This document shows, piece by piece, positions 19,481-29,124 of a stretch of DNA of 64,000 nt. Below the pieces are notes generated by a model that was not told the origin of the DNA, ran no database searches, and was given only the letters and a program-made list of their open reading frames with translations. Source of the stretch: a bacterium (GTDB lineage: Bacteria > Krumholzibacteriota > Krumholzibacteriia > LZORAL124-64-63); assembly GCA_031441465.1 (NCBI GenBank), contig JANOEP010000024.1:12546-76545 (forward strand), read 5' to 3'. Each line of letters opens with the position of its first letter. Within the stretch, counting starts at the first letter, position 1. The translations under genes and the position numbers were made by a program.

Positions 19481-22400
19481 CTAGAATTCGGGTCCGATGC
19501 TGAACTGGAACTCCGTGCCGCCCGCGCTGCGCAGGTCGGTGCGGCGGCCCCAGTCGAATTTCAAGGGCAGGAAGCCCAGGCGGGTTCTCAGGCCGATCCC
19601 GTAGCAGCCGCGCAGGTCGCGCAGTCCCCAGCGCCCGGCGTCGTCGTCGCCGAAGGGGCTGAAGCCCTCGTCCCAGGCGGAGCCGAGATCGAAGAACAGG
19701 GTCGCCCCCACCGGCCCGAAGCCCCAGCGGGCCGGCCAGCCGAAGAAGACGGCGTCCAGCAGGGGAAGCCGGTACTCCAGGTTGGCCATGGCGATCTTGG
19801 GACCGGCCAGGTGGCTGGTCGTGCGGTAGTCGTAGAAGTCGTAACCCCGCAGCGTGAACGGGCCGCCGAGGACGAAGGCGCGCGGGTCGTCGCCGGTGCT
19901 GGCGGCGGCCAGCAGGCGCAGGGCGAGGGTGTTGCCGCGGGCCGGCAGCCAGTAGCGGCGCAGGTCGAGCAGGGCCGTGCGTCGGTCCAGGGAGCCGCCG
20001 CCGATCGCCAGCGAGGGCGCGAACTGCAGCAGCAGGCGGCTGCCGGTGACCGGCCCGTACCAGCCGTAGTAGGCGCTGTCGTGGACATAGGTCAGGGTCG
20101 GTTGCAGCAAGGTGTCGGTGCGGGTGCCGTCGGCGATCAACATCGTCCCGCTCGGGTCCACGCTGTAGGCGGTGCGCTCCGAGGCGAAGGCCTGCAGCTC
20201 GAGCGACAGGCGGCGGAACGTGCTGAAGGGATAGCTGGCCGAGGCGTACAGGCCGTAGTTGCGCTCGCTGAAGAAGGTGTCGTCGGGCAGCAGTTCCCCC
20301 ACCGAGGTCACGGCCGTGTTGTAGTAGTTCTTGAAGTGGAACAGGCCCACCCCGACGTCGACGCGGCGCTTCAGGTAGGCGTAGCTCGCCGCGAGGTCGC
20401 TGTCGGACAGCGAACCGTAGACGTTGACCAGGAACGACAGGCGGTGGTCGCCGAGCAGGTCGCTCAAGTTGATGACGTTGGCCATGCCCAACCCGGCCTG
20501 GGGGCTGAACGACACCGCGCCGCCGCCGAGCGCATCGCTCATGTCGATCGAGAAGCGAGGTCGGTAGTCCTTGATCTGGCCGACGACGGCGTCTCCTGCC
20601 ATCACCGCCGACAGATCGTAGACCGGCGGCACGGGCGGCGCGATGGCCACGTCCCCCGCCGCCGCGCCCGCCGGCTCGCGCCGGCTCCAATCCGCCCAGC
20701 CGTCGACGGCGTACAGGTCCCAGCCGCCCTCGCGGAAGGCGGCGAACGCCAGGCGGTCCGCGCCCGGAGCGTAGCTCGGGTGCGCGGCGGCGCCCGGCAC
20801 GTTGGTCAGGCGCCGGCTCTCGGCCACGCTCTGCCCCGCGTCGTCCAGCTGCAGACGGGCCAGGTTCTCGGCGCCGTCGCCGTCGGCCACGACGCACAGT
20901 TCCCCGTCGTCGATCCAGACCGGTTCGCGCCAGCTGCCGGCGGGCGCCGACAGCTCGCGGCGCTCGCCCGTGAAGACGTCCAGCAGCACCAGGCGTGACG
21001 TCTGGCGATGGCCCGGCTGCACGGCGGCGTCGCCGTCGTCGAAACGGGCCCAGTCCAGCCGGCGCGCCCCGTCCGCGTCGACCGTGAACTGGTAGCGCAC
21101 CTGCGCGACGGGGTTGTGGGCGAAGGCGAGGCGGCGGCCGTCGGGCGACCAGGCGGGGGCCGACTCGTCGCCCGCGTCGTCGGTCACGCGCAGCAGGTCC
21201 AGGCCGTCGGCGATCGGCGTCCGCGCGCACACCGCGCCCGGGACAGCGGCGCCGTCCCCGGCGAGGTCGAGCAGGTAGAGGTCCGTGCGGCCGGCCACGG
21301 TGCCCACCAGGGCGACCCAGCGGCCGTCGGGCGACCAGGCCGGCGACGAGACCCCGTCCAGGCCCAGGCGCACGTCGCGCGTGACCTCGCCGGTCGCGAC
21401 CTCGACGGTGTGCAGGGTCTCGGCGTTGCCGCTGCGTGCCACGAAGGCGACCTCGCGGCCGTCGGGCGAGAAGGCCGGCCGGCTGCGGTAGGGGTGCAGG
21501 GATTCGTACCGGCTCGCGCGCTGGCCGCGCGCCAGCCGGCGCAGGACGCGCCCGTCGATCGCGGACATCAGGTACAGGCTCATCAAGCCGTCGCGGTCGG
21601 AGAAGAAGGCGAGCTGGGTCCCGTCGGGCGACAGCGCGGGGCGGAAATTGGCGCCGTCCTCGTCCTCGCGGTGGTCGGTCAGGCGCCGGGCGATGTCCTC
21701 GGGCTCCTCGAAGCTGCCGTAGGAGGGCCAGGCGAGGCCGTGCACGTAGCGGGTGAACAGGCGGTCGAGCGCTTCGATGTCGAGGCCGAGCGAGGCGTCG
21801 AGCACCCGGTCCATGCCCCGGGAACGGTTCAGCAGGCGGCACATCTCGGGGATCTTTTCCTCTCCGTAGCGCTCGGAGATCAGGCGCAGGGCGGTCTGGC
21901 CCTCCTTGTAGACCAGGAACCCTCCGACCTGGTCCAGGGGCCGGAGGTAGCCGCTGGTCGCCGCATCGCGCAGGTACATCTCGGCGCCGGGGTCCCAGCC
22001 GGAGCTGTACCACTCCGCGAGGCCCTCGGCGAACCACAGCGGGATGCGGAAGAACGGCGACCGCGACGTCGTGCTGCGCGAGCTGCCGAAGACCATGTCG
22101 AACATGAACACGTGCACCAGCTCGTGCCGCAGCACGTGGACGAAGTCGGCGTGGGACTCCTCGTAGGGCAGGACCATGCGGTTGCGGACGGGCTCGGTGA
22201 AGCCGCCGGTGCCCTCGCCGAGCAGGTCGTCGGCGACGTTGGTCTGCGCGAACTCCGTGTGCGAGGAGTAGAGGATGAAGGGGATCCGTCGCTCCGGCTC
22301 GTGGCCCAGACGGGCGGCATACTCGGCGTAGGTGCGCTCGGCCACGATCGCGGCGCGCACGGCCAGCTCTTCGGCGTCGGCGGCGTGGGTGATCTCGAAG

Positions 22401-22555
22401 TGGGGCGTGACCAGGACGCGGCGGGCGACGTTTGCGGTCTGGACCTTGTTGCGTCCGAAGTAGTAGGCGTCCGCCGGCGCCGCCGCCAGGACGAGCAACG
22501 CCACCAGGACGAGCAACGCGGTCAGGACCGCGGCGTGATTGCGGTAAGACGCCAT
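19481..22555 (-). CDS. Omp85-family outer-membrane protein fused to a gluzincin-like peptidase and a PD40 beta-propeller
   Basis: Signal peptide; FGRNKVQ; HELVH...WFAEGLAE Zn motif; about six PxWSPDG-type repeats; barrel with LRGY loop motif; C-terminal FQFSIGPEF beta-signal. Confidence 0.88.
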   Translation of the reverse strand: MASYRNHAAVLTALLVLVALLVLAAAPADAYYFGRNKVQTANVARRVLVTPHFEITHAADAEELAVRAAIVAERTYAEYAARLGHEPERRIPFILYSSHTEFAQTNVADDLLGEGTGGFTEPVRNRMVLPYEESHADFVHVLRHELVHVFMFDMVFGSSRSTTSRSPFFRIPLWFAEGLAEWYSSGWDPGAEMYLRDAATSGYLRPLDQVGGFLVYKEGQTALRLISERYGEEKIPEMCRLLNRSRGMDRVLDASLGLDIEALDRLFTRYVHGLAWPSYGSFEEPEDIARRLTDHREDEDGANFRPALSPDGTQLAFFSDRDGLMSLYLMSAIDGRVLRRLARGQRASRYESLHPYRSRPAFSPDGREVAFVARSGNAETLHTVEVATGEVTRDVRLGLDGVSSPAWSPDGRWVALVGTVAGRTDLYLLDLAGDGAAVPGAVCARTPIADGLDLLRVTDDAGDESAPAWSPDGRRLAFAHNPVAQVRYQFTVDADGARRLDWARFDDGDAAVQPGHRQTSRLVLLDVFTGERRELSAPAGSWREPVWIDDGELCVVADGDGAENLARLQLDDAGQSVAESRRLTNVPGAAAHPSYAPGADRLAFAAFREGGWDLYAVDGWADWSRREPAGAAAGDVAIAPPVPPVYDLSAVMAGDAVVGQIKDYRPRFSIDMSDALGGGAVSFSPQAGLGMANVINLSDLLGDHRLSFLVNVYGSLSDSDLAASYAYLKRRVDVGVGLFHFKNYYNTAVTSVGELLPDDTFFSERNYGLYASASYPFSTFRRLSLELQAFASERTAYSVDPSGTMLIADGTRTDTLLQPTLTYVHDSAYYGWYGPVTGSRLLLQFAPSLAIGGGSLDRRTALLDLRRYWLPARGNTLALRLLAAASTGDDPRAFVLGGPFTLRGYDFYDYRTTSHLAGPKIAMANLEYRLPLLDAVFFGWPARWGFGPVGATLFFDLGSAWDEGFSPFGDDDAGRWGLRDLRGCYGIGLRTRLGFLPLKFDWGRRTDLRSAGGTEFQFSIGPEF

Positions 22556-22569
22556 CGTCCGGGTTCCTC

Positions 22570-25500
22570 TCAGTATTCGAACCGGTACTTCAGATCCAGG
22601 TTGTAGGTCGTGTCGCCGAGGATCTCGTTGGCCCGGCGGCTGACCTCCGACTGCAGCAGCAGGTGGTCGTTGATCTGGTACTCGACCAGGATCTCGCGGT
22701 CCTGGTCCGTGACGGCCTGGGCGAACTTCACGTAGAGGTCGCGCCCGATGTACTTGCCGACGCCGATGAGGGTCTGCGTCGTGCCGTCCTCGCGGACACG
22801 GCCGCTCTCGATGTCGAAGGTGTCCACCAGGTCCAGTTCCGCGGCCACCTCGCGCTCCAGGATGTTGAAGCCGGCGGCCATCGTGCCCTGGCGGACGACC
22901 GAGGTGGCGGCCACCTCCGAGGCTTCCGGCGTCATGCCGAGCAGCATGCGCTCGATGTTGCTGCGCGCATACCCGCTCTCGGAGCGGAACGCGACCTGCG
23001 GGGCCAGCGCCGATCCCGTCACGTCCACGTAGATCTTCTCCAGGCGGCGCGAACCGCCGTCGCTGGCCGGCAGCGGCAGCCTGACCGACGTCTCGGCGGT
23101 GAGGTTGACCTGCGGGATCACGCCGTGCTCCTGCGAGAAGTCCAGGCCGCCGTAGCTGACCTTGAAGTCGTTGTTGAACACCGGCAGGCGACCCTGGTCG
23201 ATGTTCAGGTGGCCGCTGAGGTTCATGCCGCCCATGTCCCGCAGCAGGCGCACGTCGCCGCTCAGGAACAGTTCCATCGCGCGGTTGATGACCCGGCAGC
23301 TGCGCGGCGGCGCCCGCAGCCGCAGGTTCGCCAGCCAGTCCGGGGCGACGGTGGCCACGCGCGGGTCGCTCACGCCAGGCTGCTCCGAGAAGTCGCCGGT
23401 GAAGCGCGCCTCGATGATCACCAGGTCGCCCGCGAAGCTCGGCACGAGCAGAGCGTCGGGGCCGACCTTGACGCCGGTCAGGGAGATGCCGCGCCCGCGG
23501 ACCAGGGCCCGCAGGTCCGGGATCGAGGCGACCAGGAAGCGGTCGGCGTCCAACTCGATGTCGAAGCGCTCCAGCACCAGCCCCTTGAACGTGAGCGTGC
23601 CCTCGCCCGCCAGCGTGCCGCGGGCGCCCTCGCGCGCGCGAAGGTCGCGCAGCGTGAGAACGTCGCCCTCCCAGTCGCCCTCACAAGACACGCCGGCGTA
23701 GACCTCGCTCAGCCCGCGCAGGACGCAAGAGCCGTCACGCAGGGAAATCCGACCGTGGTACAGGGGATGGTTCGCGGGACCCTCGACCACGAGCGTCATC
23801 CCGCCGCGGCCGCCCGATTCGACGAAGGCGTTGCAGGTGCGCGCCAGCGGCGCCAGGTCGGTGTCGTCGGGGATGGTCAGGCTCATCAGGAACGGGCCGT
23901 CGACCGGCGAGACGGGCGTCGACAGGAAATCCAGCTGCAGCGGGATCTCGAGCCGGCCCGTCAGCGGGAGCGTCTCGCGGCGCGCGGCGAGATCGCCCAG
24001 CGTCAGCACGCCGCCGGCGTAGCTGACCGAGCCGCGCAGCTCGTCGAGGTGCAGCCAGTGGACGTGGAAGGGCCGGCTCTCGATCCCGCCCGCGATCAGG
24101 GGGTGCCGCGTGTCGCCGGTGACCTTCAGGCTGCCGTCGAAGGCGCCGGCCAGCCGGTCGAGCGAGGGGATGGCGAACTGGTCGAGCACCTCCCAGTCGC
24201 CGTCCTCGAGGTCCAGGTCGAGGTCCAGCGCGGCGTCGGGCCAGAAGTTCCGCAGCCCGACGCCCGGGTGCGACACCATCCCGCGGGCGCGCAGGCGGCC
24301 GAAGTTGCTGTGCAGGTCGAGGGCGCGCACATCGAGGTTGCCCTCGTAGAACAGCGCCGAAACCGTCAGGCTGTCCAGATCCGCGCGGGGCAAGCGGCAG
24401 GAAGTCAGGCGCGCCTCGAGTCCGACGAGCGGCTCCTGCGGCGTGCCGCCCAGGCTGACCTGGGCGGTGACCTCGCCGTTGAGCACGTCGTTGCCAGGCA
24501 GGAACAAGTTGACCAGGCCCAAGTCGAAGCGCTCGAGCGTGATCTCGCCGTCGAGCGAGCCGGCCGGCTCGTCCCAGACGCCGCTCGCGTCCAGTTCGCC
24601 GTAACGGGAAGCCAGCCGAACGCGATCCACGCGCAAGCGGCCCGGCCCGGTCTGGAAGAGGGCGGGTTCGGTCAGCGACCAGCGGCTGCCCTCGATCGCG
24701 ACTTCCAGCTGCGGCACCTCGAAATCGGCGAGCCCGTCGTGGAACCGGCCGCGACCGCGCAGCACGAGGGTCGTGTCCCCGCGCGAGGCGCGGAAGTGCT
24801 CGATCACCACGGCGTCGCTCGACACCGCGCCGACGCCCGTGAACGCGCCCAGGGGCACGCCCGCCAGCACGAGTCCGTGGCCCGCAGTCGTCACCGAAAC
24901 GGACGGCGCGCCCAGAACGTCCTCGACCGCGAAATCCACCCGGCAGCTGTCCAGGGCCAGGGAGGACACGCCCGCTCCTTGCAGGTCGGCGGCGCCCGCG
25001 AACCTGTAGACGGGATCGCGCCCGGTCACCTCGCCCTCGGCGCGCATCCGGCCGCGCAGGTCGGGCAGCCCCCATTGCGGCGGCAGACGCCCCAGATCCG
25101 CGATGTCGACGGACGCCCGGCCGGTGAACACGCCGGCGCTGTCGGCACGGCCGGTCAGGTGCGCCCGCTGCCCCTGGTAGACCAGGTCGAGCGTCCGGAA
25201 GGCGACGTCGGCCGGATCGGCGTCCACCTCCACGCGCAGCGTGTCGAACGGCACGTCGGCGACGAAACCGTTGCACAGCCAGCCGGTCACCTGCGTGCGG
25301 TCGGCGGCGTCGCGCCGCCACAGGTGCAGCCAGCCCCGCCCACCCGTCGGGGGCAGATCCGTCTCCGGCACCAGTCCCTGCGAGAGGTCGACATCGGCGA
25401 CGTCGCCCTCGAGCACGTAGGTCACGTCCAGCGGATCGGAGATGTCGAACACGCCGCCGCCCGAGAACCAGGCGCCGTTGATGCGGCCCTCCAGGCTGTC

Positions 25501-26427
25501 CCAGACGAGCTCGGTCGGCGACAGGGCCGCCCGACCGCGCATGCCGTCGAGCCGGTAGCCTTCGAGTTCCCCCGTGAACCCGATGTCGAAGCTCACGGTG
25601 TCGCCGCGCGCCTTCAGGAGCATCTGGGCGTCGCCGCGGGCGGCGAAGCCCAGCGTCATGTCGATCAGGTTCTCGACCTCGGGGACGCTGACGTCCAGGG
25701 CGGCGAGGTCGAGATCGAGATCGCCGTCGTGGCGGCGGTAGCCCTCGCAGGTGACGAGACTGCCGTTGACCATGCCGCCGAGCTGGCGGACGGCGATGCC
25801 TTCGCCGTCGACCATCACGAAACCCGTCAGGTCGCTCAGGCGGGTGGCGCGCGACGCCCAGTCGATGTCGGCGTCGCGGCAGGTCAGGGCGAGGTTGCCG
25901 TCGGCGCGGATGCCGCCGCGCCAGTTCAGGGCCGGGATCTGCTCCTCGACGCTGCCGTCGGGTCCCGAGACGACCAGCAGCGATCGGCGCACGATCAGGT
26001 CGTCCACGCGGAAGGCGGGCAGGTCGAAGGGACTGCCCGGCACTTCCGGTTCGCCGGGCGCGAGGGGCGCGCCGCGCCGGGCGCGGATCTCGGCGCCGGC
26101 GATCGTCACCCGGCGCATCCCGAGCGTCCCGCGCAGCAGGATACGGAAGTCGTACTGCATCGTCAGGGTGTCGATGCCGACCACGACCACGGCGCCCCGA
26201 TCCCCGTGCAGCGACAAGGTCGCGTCGTGCAGCTCGATCCCGGTGAACGGGTTGCCCGTGATCTCCCGGATGCGGATGCTGCCGTCGCTGCCGCGCAGGA
26301 GGTGGTTGGTCGCCAGGCGCGCGAACCACGGCGCCAGCAGCCGCGGGTGCGTCCCCACGTAGGCGACCGCGCCCAGGAACAGGGCCAGGGCCAGCAGAAG
26401 CGTCCAGCGTGTCGTGCGCGCGACCAT
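22570..26427 (-). CDS. tamB: Translocation/assembly module TamB-like protein
   Basis: 1285 aa; N-terminal TM anchor; long beta-rich repetitive body; DUF490-like C-terminus (VGKYIGRDLYVKF...VEYQINDHLLLQSE...LDLKYRFEY). Confidence 0.88.
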   Translation of the reverse strand: MVARTTRWTLLLALALFLGAVAYVGTHPRLLAPWFARLATNHLLRGSDGSIRIREITGNPFTGIELHDATLSLHGDRGAVVVVGIDTLTMQYDFRILLRGTLGMRRVTIAGAEIRARRGAPLAPGEPEVPGSPFDLPAFRVDDLIVRRSLLVVSGPDGSVEEQIPALNWRGGIRADGNLALTCRDADIDWASRATRLSDLTGFVMVDGEGIAVRQLGGMVNGSLVTCEGYRRHDGDLDLDLAALDVSVPEVENLIDMTLGFAARGDAQMLLKARGDTVSFDIGFTGELEGYRLDGMRGRAALSPTELVWDSLEGRINGAWFSGGGVFDISDPLDVTYVLEGDVADVDLSQGLVPETDLPPTGGRGWLHLWRRDAADRTQVTGWLCNGFVADVPFDTLRVEVDADPADVAFRTLDLVYQGQRAHLTGRADSAGVFTGRASVDIADLGRLPPQWGLPDLRGRMRAEGEVTGRDPVYRFAGAADLQGAGVSSLALDSCRVDFAVEDVLGAPSVSVTTAGHGLVLAGVPLGAFTGVGAVSSDAVVIEHFRASRGDTTLVLRGRGRFHDGLADFEVPQLEVAIEGSRWSLTEPALFQTGPGRLRVDRVRLASRYGELDASGVWDEPAGSLDGEITLERFDLGLVNLFLPGNDVLNGEVTAQVSLGGTPQEPLVGLEARLTSCRLPRADLDSLTVSALFYEGNLDVRALDLHSNFGRLRARGMVSHPGVGLRNFWPDAALDLDLDLEDGDWEVLDQFAIPSLDRLAGAFDGSLKVTGDTRHPLIAGGIESRPFHVHWLHLDELRGSVSYAGGVLTLGDLAARRETLPLTGRLEIPLQLDFLSTPVSPVDGPFLMSLTIPDDTDLAPLARTCNAFVESGGRGGMTLVVEGPANHPLYHGRISLRDGSCVLRGLSEVYAGVSCEGDWEGDVLTLRDLRAREGARGTLAGEGTLTFKGLVLERFDIELDADRFLVASIPDLRALVRGRGISLTGVKVGPDALLVPSFAGDLVIIEARFTGDFSEQPGVSDPRVATVAPDWLANLRLRAPPRSCRVINRAMELFLSGDVRLLRDMGGMNLSGHLNIDQGRLPVFNNDFKVSYGGLDFSQEHGVIPQVNLTAETSVRLPLPASDGGSRRLEKIYVDVTGSALAPQVAFRSESGYARSNIERMLLGMTPEASEVAATSVVRQGTMAAGFNILEREVAAELDLVDTFDIESGRVREDGTTQTLIGVGKYIGRDLYVKFAQAVTDQDREILVEYQINDHLLLQSEVSRRANEILGDTTYNLDLKYRFEY

Positions 26428-26436
26428 CGGCCTCTC

Positions 26437-28575
26437 TCAGAAGGGGAACCCCAGCGAAAAGTGGTAGATCACCTTGTCCTCGGTCACGGTGTCGGACAAC
26501 AGCGCCCGCTTCAGCGGGAAGCCCGCGTCCAGCCTGACGGGACCGACCGGGGTATCCACCCGCACCCCGCAACCGACGCTGTAACGGTAGTCCCAGAGCT
26601 TGGTCGACGCCTCGTCCTGCGAGGCCCGGGCATACGAGCGCCAGCGGAATCCCCGCAACCGGATGTCGTTGGCGTTCTCCCAGACGTTGCCGCCGTCGAC
26701 GAAGGCCACGCCGTCGACGCGCCAGGACCGCAGCAGGGGCAACGGGAAACGCCATTCGGCGTTGGTCAGCAGCAGGTAGTTGCCGCCGCGGGCCGGCTGG
26801 TCGGACAGGGGCACGTCGCTGGCGAGTTGCAGCGAGTCGAGCACGGCCTGGTCCGTGATTTGCGGACCCAGGCTGCGCTCGAGGTAGCCCCGGACCGTGG
26901 TGGCGCCCCCGGCGAAGAATCGCTCCTGGTAGGGCACGCCGTCGGCGCCGCGGCCCCGGGAGTCGCCGTAAGGGCGCACGACGCCGACGCTGACCCGCAC
27001 GGCGAGCACGCCGCCCACCGGGACGGGCCGGTACCCTTGCAGACTCGCCGACAGCTTGACGAAGGAGTTGTCGCCGCCCAGCGGGCCGCCGGCGACCTCC
27101 AGCCTCATCGTCTGCGTGCCGCCGCGATGCGGCCGCAGCGGATCGTCGCGCCCCTCGTTCTGGAAGGACCAGCCCAGCGACCGGGTGTCCTGCGGGCGCA
27201 GGTCGCTGGCTTCGAAGGCCGCGCGCAGGGGCGCCTTGGCGTCCGGATGCAGGGAGGGGTCGACCTCCTCGATGCGGGCCTCCACGACGTGGCTGACGCG
27301 CGGGCCGGACCCGAACCGCGTGCCCACCGAGAGGCCGCGGGACAGCAGGTTCAGTCCCGATTCGCCGCGGGTCTCCTTGCCCACGTAGACGCCGGAATCC
27401 AGCCGCAGATGACCCAGCACGCCGGGGTAGGTGTGCAGCAGGTCGTAGCGGTAGTTCAGCTCGGGGTGCACGGGGCCGTCGGTCAGGCGCTGGACATCCT
27501 CGTAGTTCAGCGACGTGCGGGTGCTCGCGCGCAGGCGCTGGCCGGAACCGAACAGGTTGTTGTGGCCCCAGGCCGCGAGCAGGCGGATCCGCTCGCGGGT
27601 GCCGACGCCGAAGCCGAACTCGTAATAGGCGGGCCGGCGCTCGACGACCTCCACCAGCAGCCCGGTCGTGCCGGCGACGGTGTCGGTGTCGACCGGACGG
27701 AAGCTCACGTCGCGGAACAGCGAGGTGTCGAGCAACCTCTGCTGCGACGCTTCGACCTCGTCCCAGCGGTACAGGTCGCCCGGCGCCAGCGACAGTTCGC
27801 GCTCGATCAGGTCGAGCCGGGTCCGGCGGCGGCCCTCGACCGTGATGCCGGCGATCCGGTAGGCCTTGCCGGGCGCGATCTCGTAGACCAGCCGCGCCAG
27901 CCGGCGTGCGGGATCGTCCGTGGCCGCGGTCGTCATCACGGGCCGGATCTGCGCAAGCATGTGGCCGTCCTCCCACAGACGGGTCCGCAGGAGGTAGATG
28001 TCGGCGCCGAGATCGTTCAGATCCGCCGGGGCGGCCACGCCCGCGACGTAGTGGAGGTCCGCCAGCAGTTCGTCGGCGTCGACGTCGCCGGCGTCCGGTC
28101 CCGCGGCGGTTTCGACTTCGGCCGCGACCACGTCGAGGAACGTCTGCGGCCCTTCCACGATGCTGATGTGCAGCACGTCGCCGCGCTGCGCGAAGTCGGT
28201 CTCGACGGAGTCGAGCTGCACGACGACCTGGTGGAAGCCCCGCTGCCTGTAATAACGGGTGAGCAGGCGCAGTTCCGTGTCCAGCAGGTGCGGCTGGTAG
28301 CGCGCCGTACGGTCGCCGAAACCCAGGATGGTCAACGGGTGGTAGGGCCGCGGCTCGCGGATCTTCATGACGGCTTTGAGATCGGCGGCGGGAACCGCGG
28401 CGTTGCCGCGCAGTTCGATGCGCTGCAACAGGTGCTGCTCCAACCCGAATTCCAGCTCGCTCTCGGCGGCCGCCAGGGCGGGGACCAGGAGGCGGACCAG
28501 CAGGACGGCCGCGATCAGGCGGGCGTGCGGTCTGCGTCCGGGCCGCTGCGCCCGATGTCGTGTCAGAACTTGCAT
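26437..28575 (-). CDS. TamA/BamA-like Omp85 protein (POTRA domains plus barrel)
   Basis: Signal peptide; POTRA-like segments (YYRQRGFHQV, ISIVEGP, ITVEGRRRTR..IERE); HNNLFGSGQ; FFAGGATTVRGY; TPVGPVRLD; ends YHFSLGFPF; directly upstream of tamB. Confidence 0.9.
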   Translation of the reverse strand: MQVLTRHRAQRPGRRPHARLIAAVLLVRLLVPALAAAESELEFGLEQHLLQRIELRGNAAVPAADLKAVMKIREPRPYHPLTILGFGDRTARYQPHLLDTELRLLTRYYRQRGFHQVVVQLDSVETDFAQRGDVLHISIVEGPQTFLDVVAAEVETAAGPDAGDVDADELLADLHYVAGVAAPADLNDLGADIYLLRTRLWEDGHMLAQIRPVMTTAATDDPARRLARLVYEIAPGKAYRIAGITVEGRRRTRLDLIERELSLAPGDLYRWDEVEASQQRLLDTSLFRDVSFRPVDTDTVAGTTGLLVEVVERRPAYYEFGFGVGTRERIRLLAAWGHNNLFGSGQRLRASTRTSLNYEDVQRLTDGPVHPELNYRYDLLHTYPGVLGHLRLDSGVYVGKETRGESGLNLLSRGLSVGTRFGSGPRVSHVVEARIEEVDPSLHPDAKAPLRAAFEASDLRPQDTRSLGWSFQNEGRDDPLRPHRGGTQTMRLEVAGGPLGGDNSFVKLSASLQGYRPVPVGGVLAVRVSVGVVRPYGDSRGRGADGVPYQERFFAGGATTVRGYLERSLGPQITDQAVLDSLQLASDVPLSDQPARGGNYLLLTNAEWRFPLPLLRSWRVDGVAFVDGGNVWENANDIRLRGFRWRSYARASQDEASTKLWDYRYSVGCGVRVDTPVGPVRLDAGFPLKRALLSDTVTEDKVIYHFSLGFPF

Positions 28576-28647
28576 CTTGCCCGCCGCGCCGCTTCGGTGT
28601 AGGAACGTGGGGTGCCCCGTCGGGGGCAGCATATCATGGAGGCTCCC

Positions 28648-29118
28648 ATGTCCGTCATCTGGAATACAACGCGCCGCCGCAGGTTCCCCCTCGCCGGCCA
28701 TTTCGCGGCGGTCCTCTGGCTGCTGGCCGGCGTCGGCTGTGGTCCGGACGGCGGGCGCCCGTTGCAGCTTTCCGACCTGTCGCGCCCCGAACACGAGTAC
28801 CTCACCCGTTTCGTCACGCTCGAACGGGCCCGCTCCGTGGCCCTGATCGACCGGGGGCGGGGCGAAGCCCTACTCGATTCCCTCGCGGGTGCCTGGGGAG
28901 ACAGCTCGTTGGTCCGGACGCAGGCCGCCCTGCCGGCCGACCCCCGCCGCCAGGCGCTGCTGCACGGCCTGCTCGGCCGGATCCTGCGCGCGGAGCAGGA
29001 TTCCCTGCTGGATGCGCCCCGCCCCCGGCGACTGGACGCGCCCCTGCCGGACCCGCCGGCGAACGCCGACGACAAGACCGACGGCGAAGGCGAAGGCGGC
29101 GCCCCTGCGGGCGGTTGA
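28648..29118 (+). CDS. Hypothetical exported protein, possible lipoprotein
   Basis: GGAGG RBS; Arg-rich n-region, hydrophobic core, LLAGVGC lipobox-like site; fills the gap between tamA-like and rseP. Confidence 0.65.
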   Translation: MSVIWNTTRRRRFPLAGHFAAVLWLLAGVGCGPDGGRPLQLSDLSRPEHEYLTRFVTLERARSVALIDRGRGEALLDSLAGAWGDSSLVRTQAALPADPRRQALLHGLLGRILRAEQDSLLDAPRPRRLDAPLPDPPANADDKTDGEGEGGAPAGG

Positions 29119-29124
29119 CGCGGG

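Noticed and set aside
22486..22519. Short coding repeats (18-nt duplication in the Omp85 signal peptide; RGSARE-like repeats near 58600-58650; AESAG repeat near 53400-53430)
   Set aside because: Two- to three-copy slippage in low-complexity peptide segments with no spacers, so not CRISPR-like or an array.
23735..27976. 1413-aa Arg/Pro/Gly-rich minus-strand ORF and similar alternative-frame ORFs
   Set aside because: Off-frame readings of tamA/tamB and other genes, with the low-complexity composition typical of GC-rich non-coding frames.
22432..28602. 2056-aa plus-strand ORF and other very long plus-strand ORFs (2367..6845, 17174..20998, 39882..42536, 52855..56775, 57884..60727)
   Set aside because: Antisense shadows of well-supported minus-strand genes. 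High-GC codon usage removes stops in the mirror frame, and the translations have no recognisable motifs.
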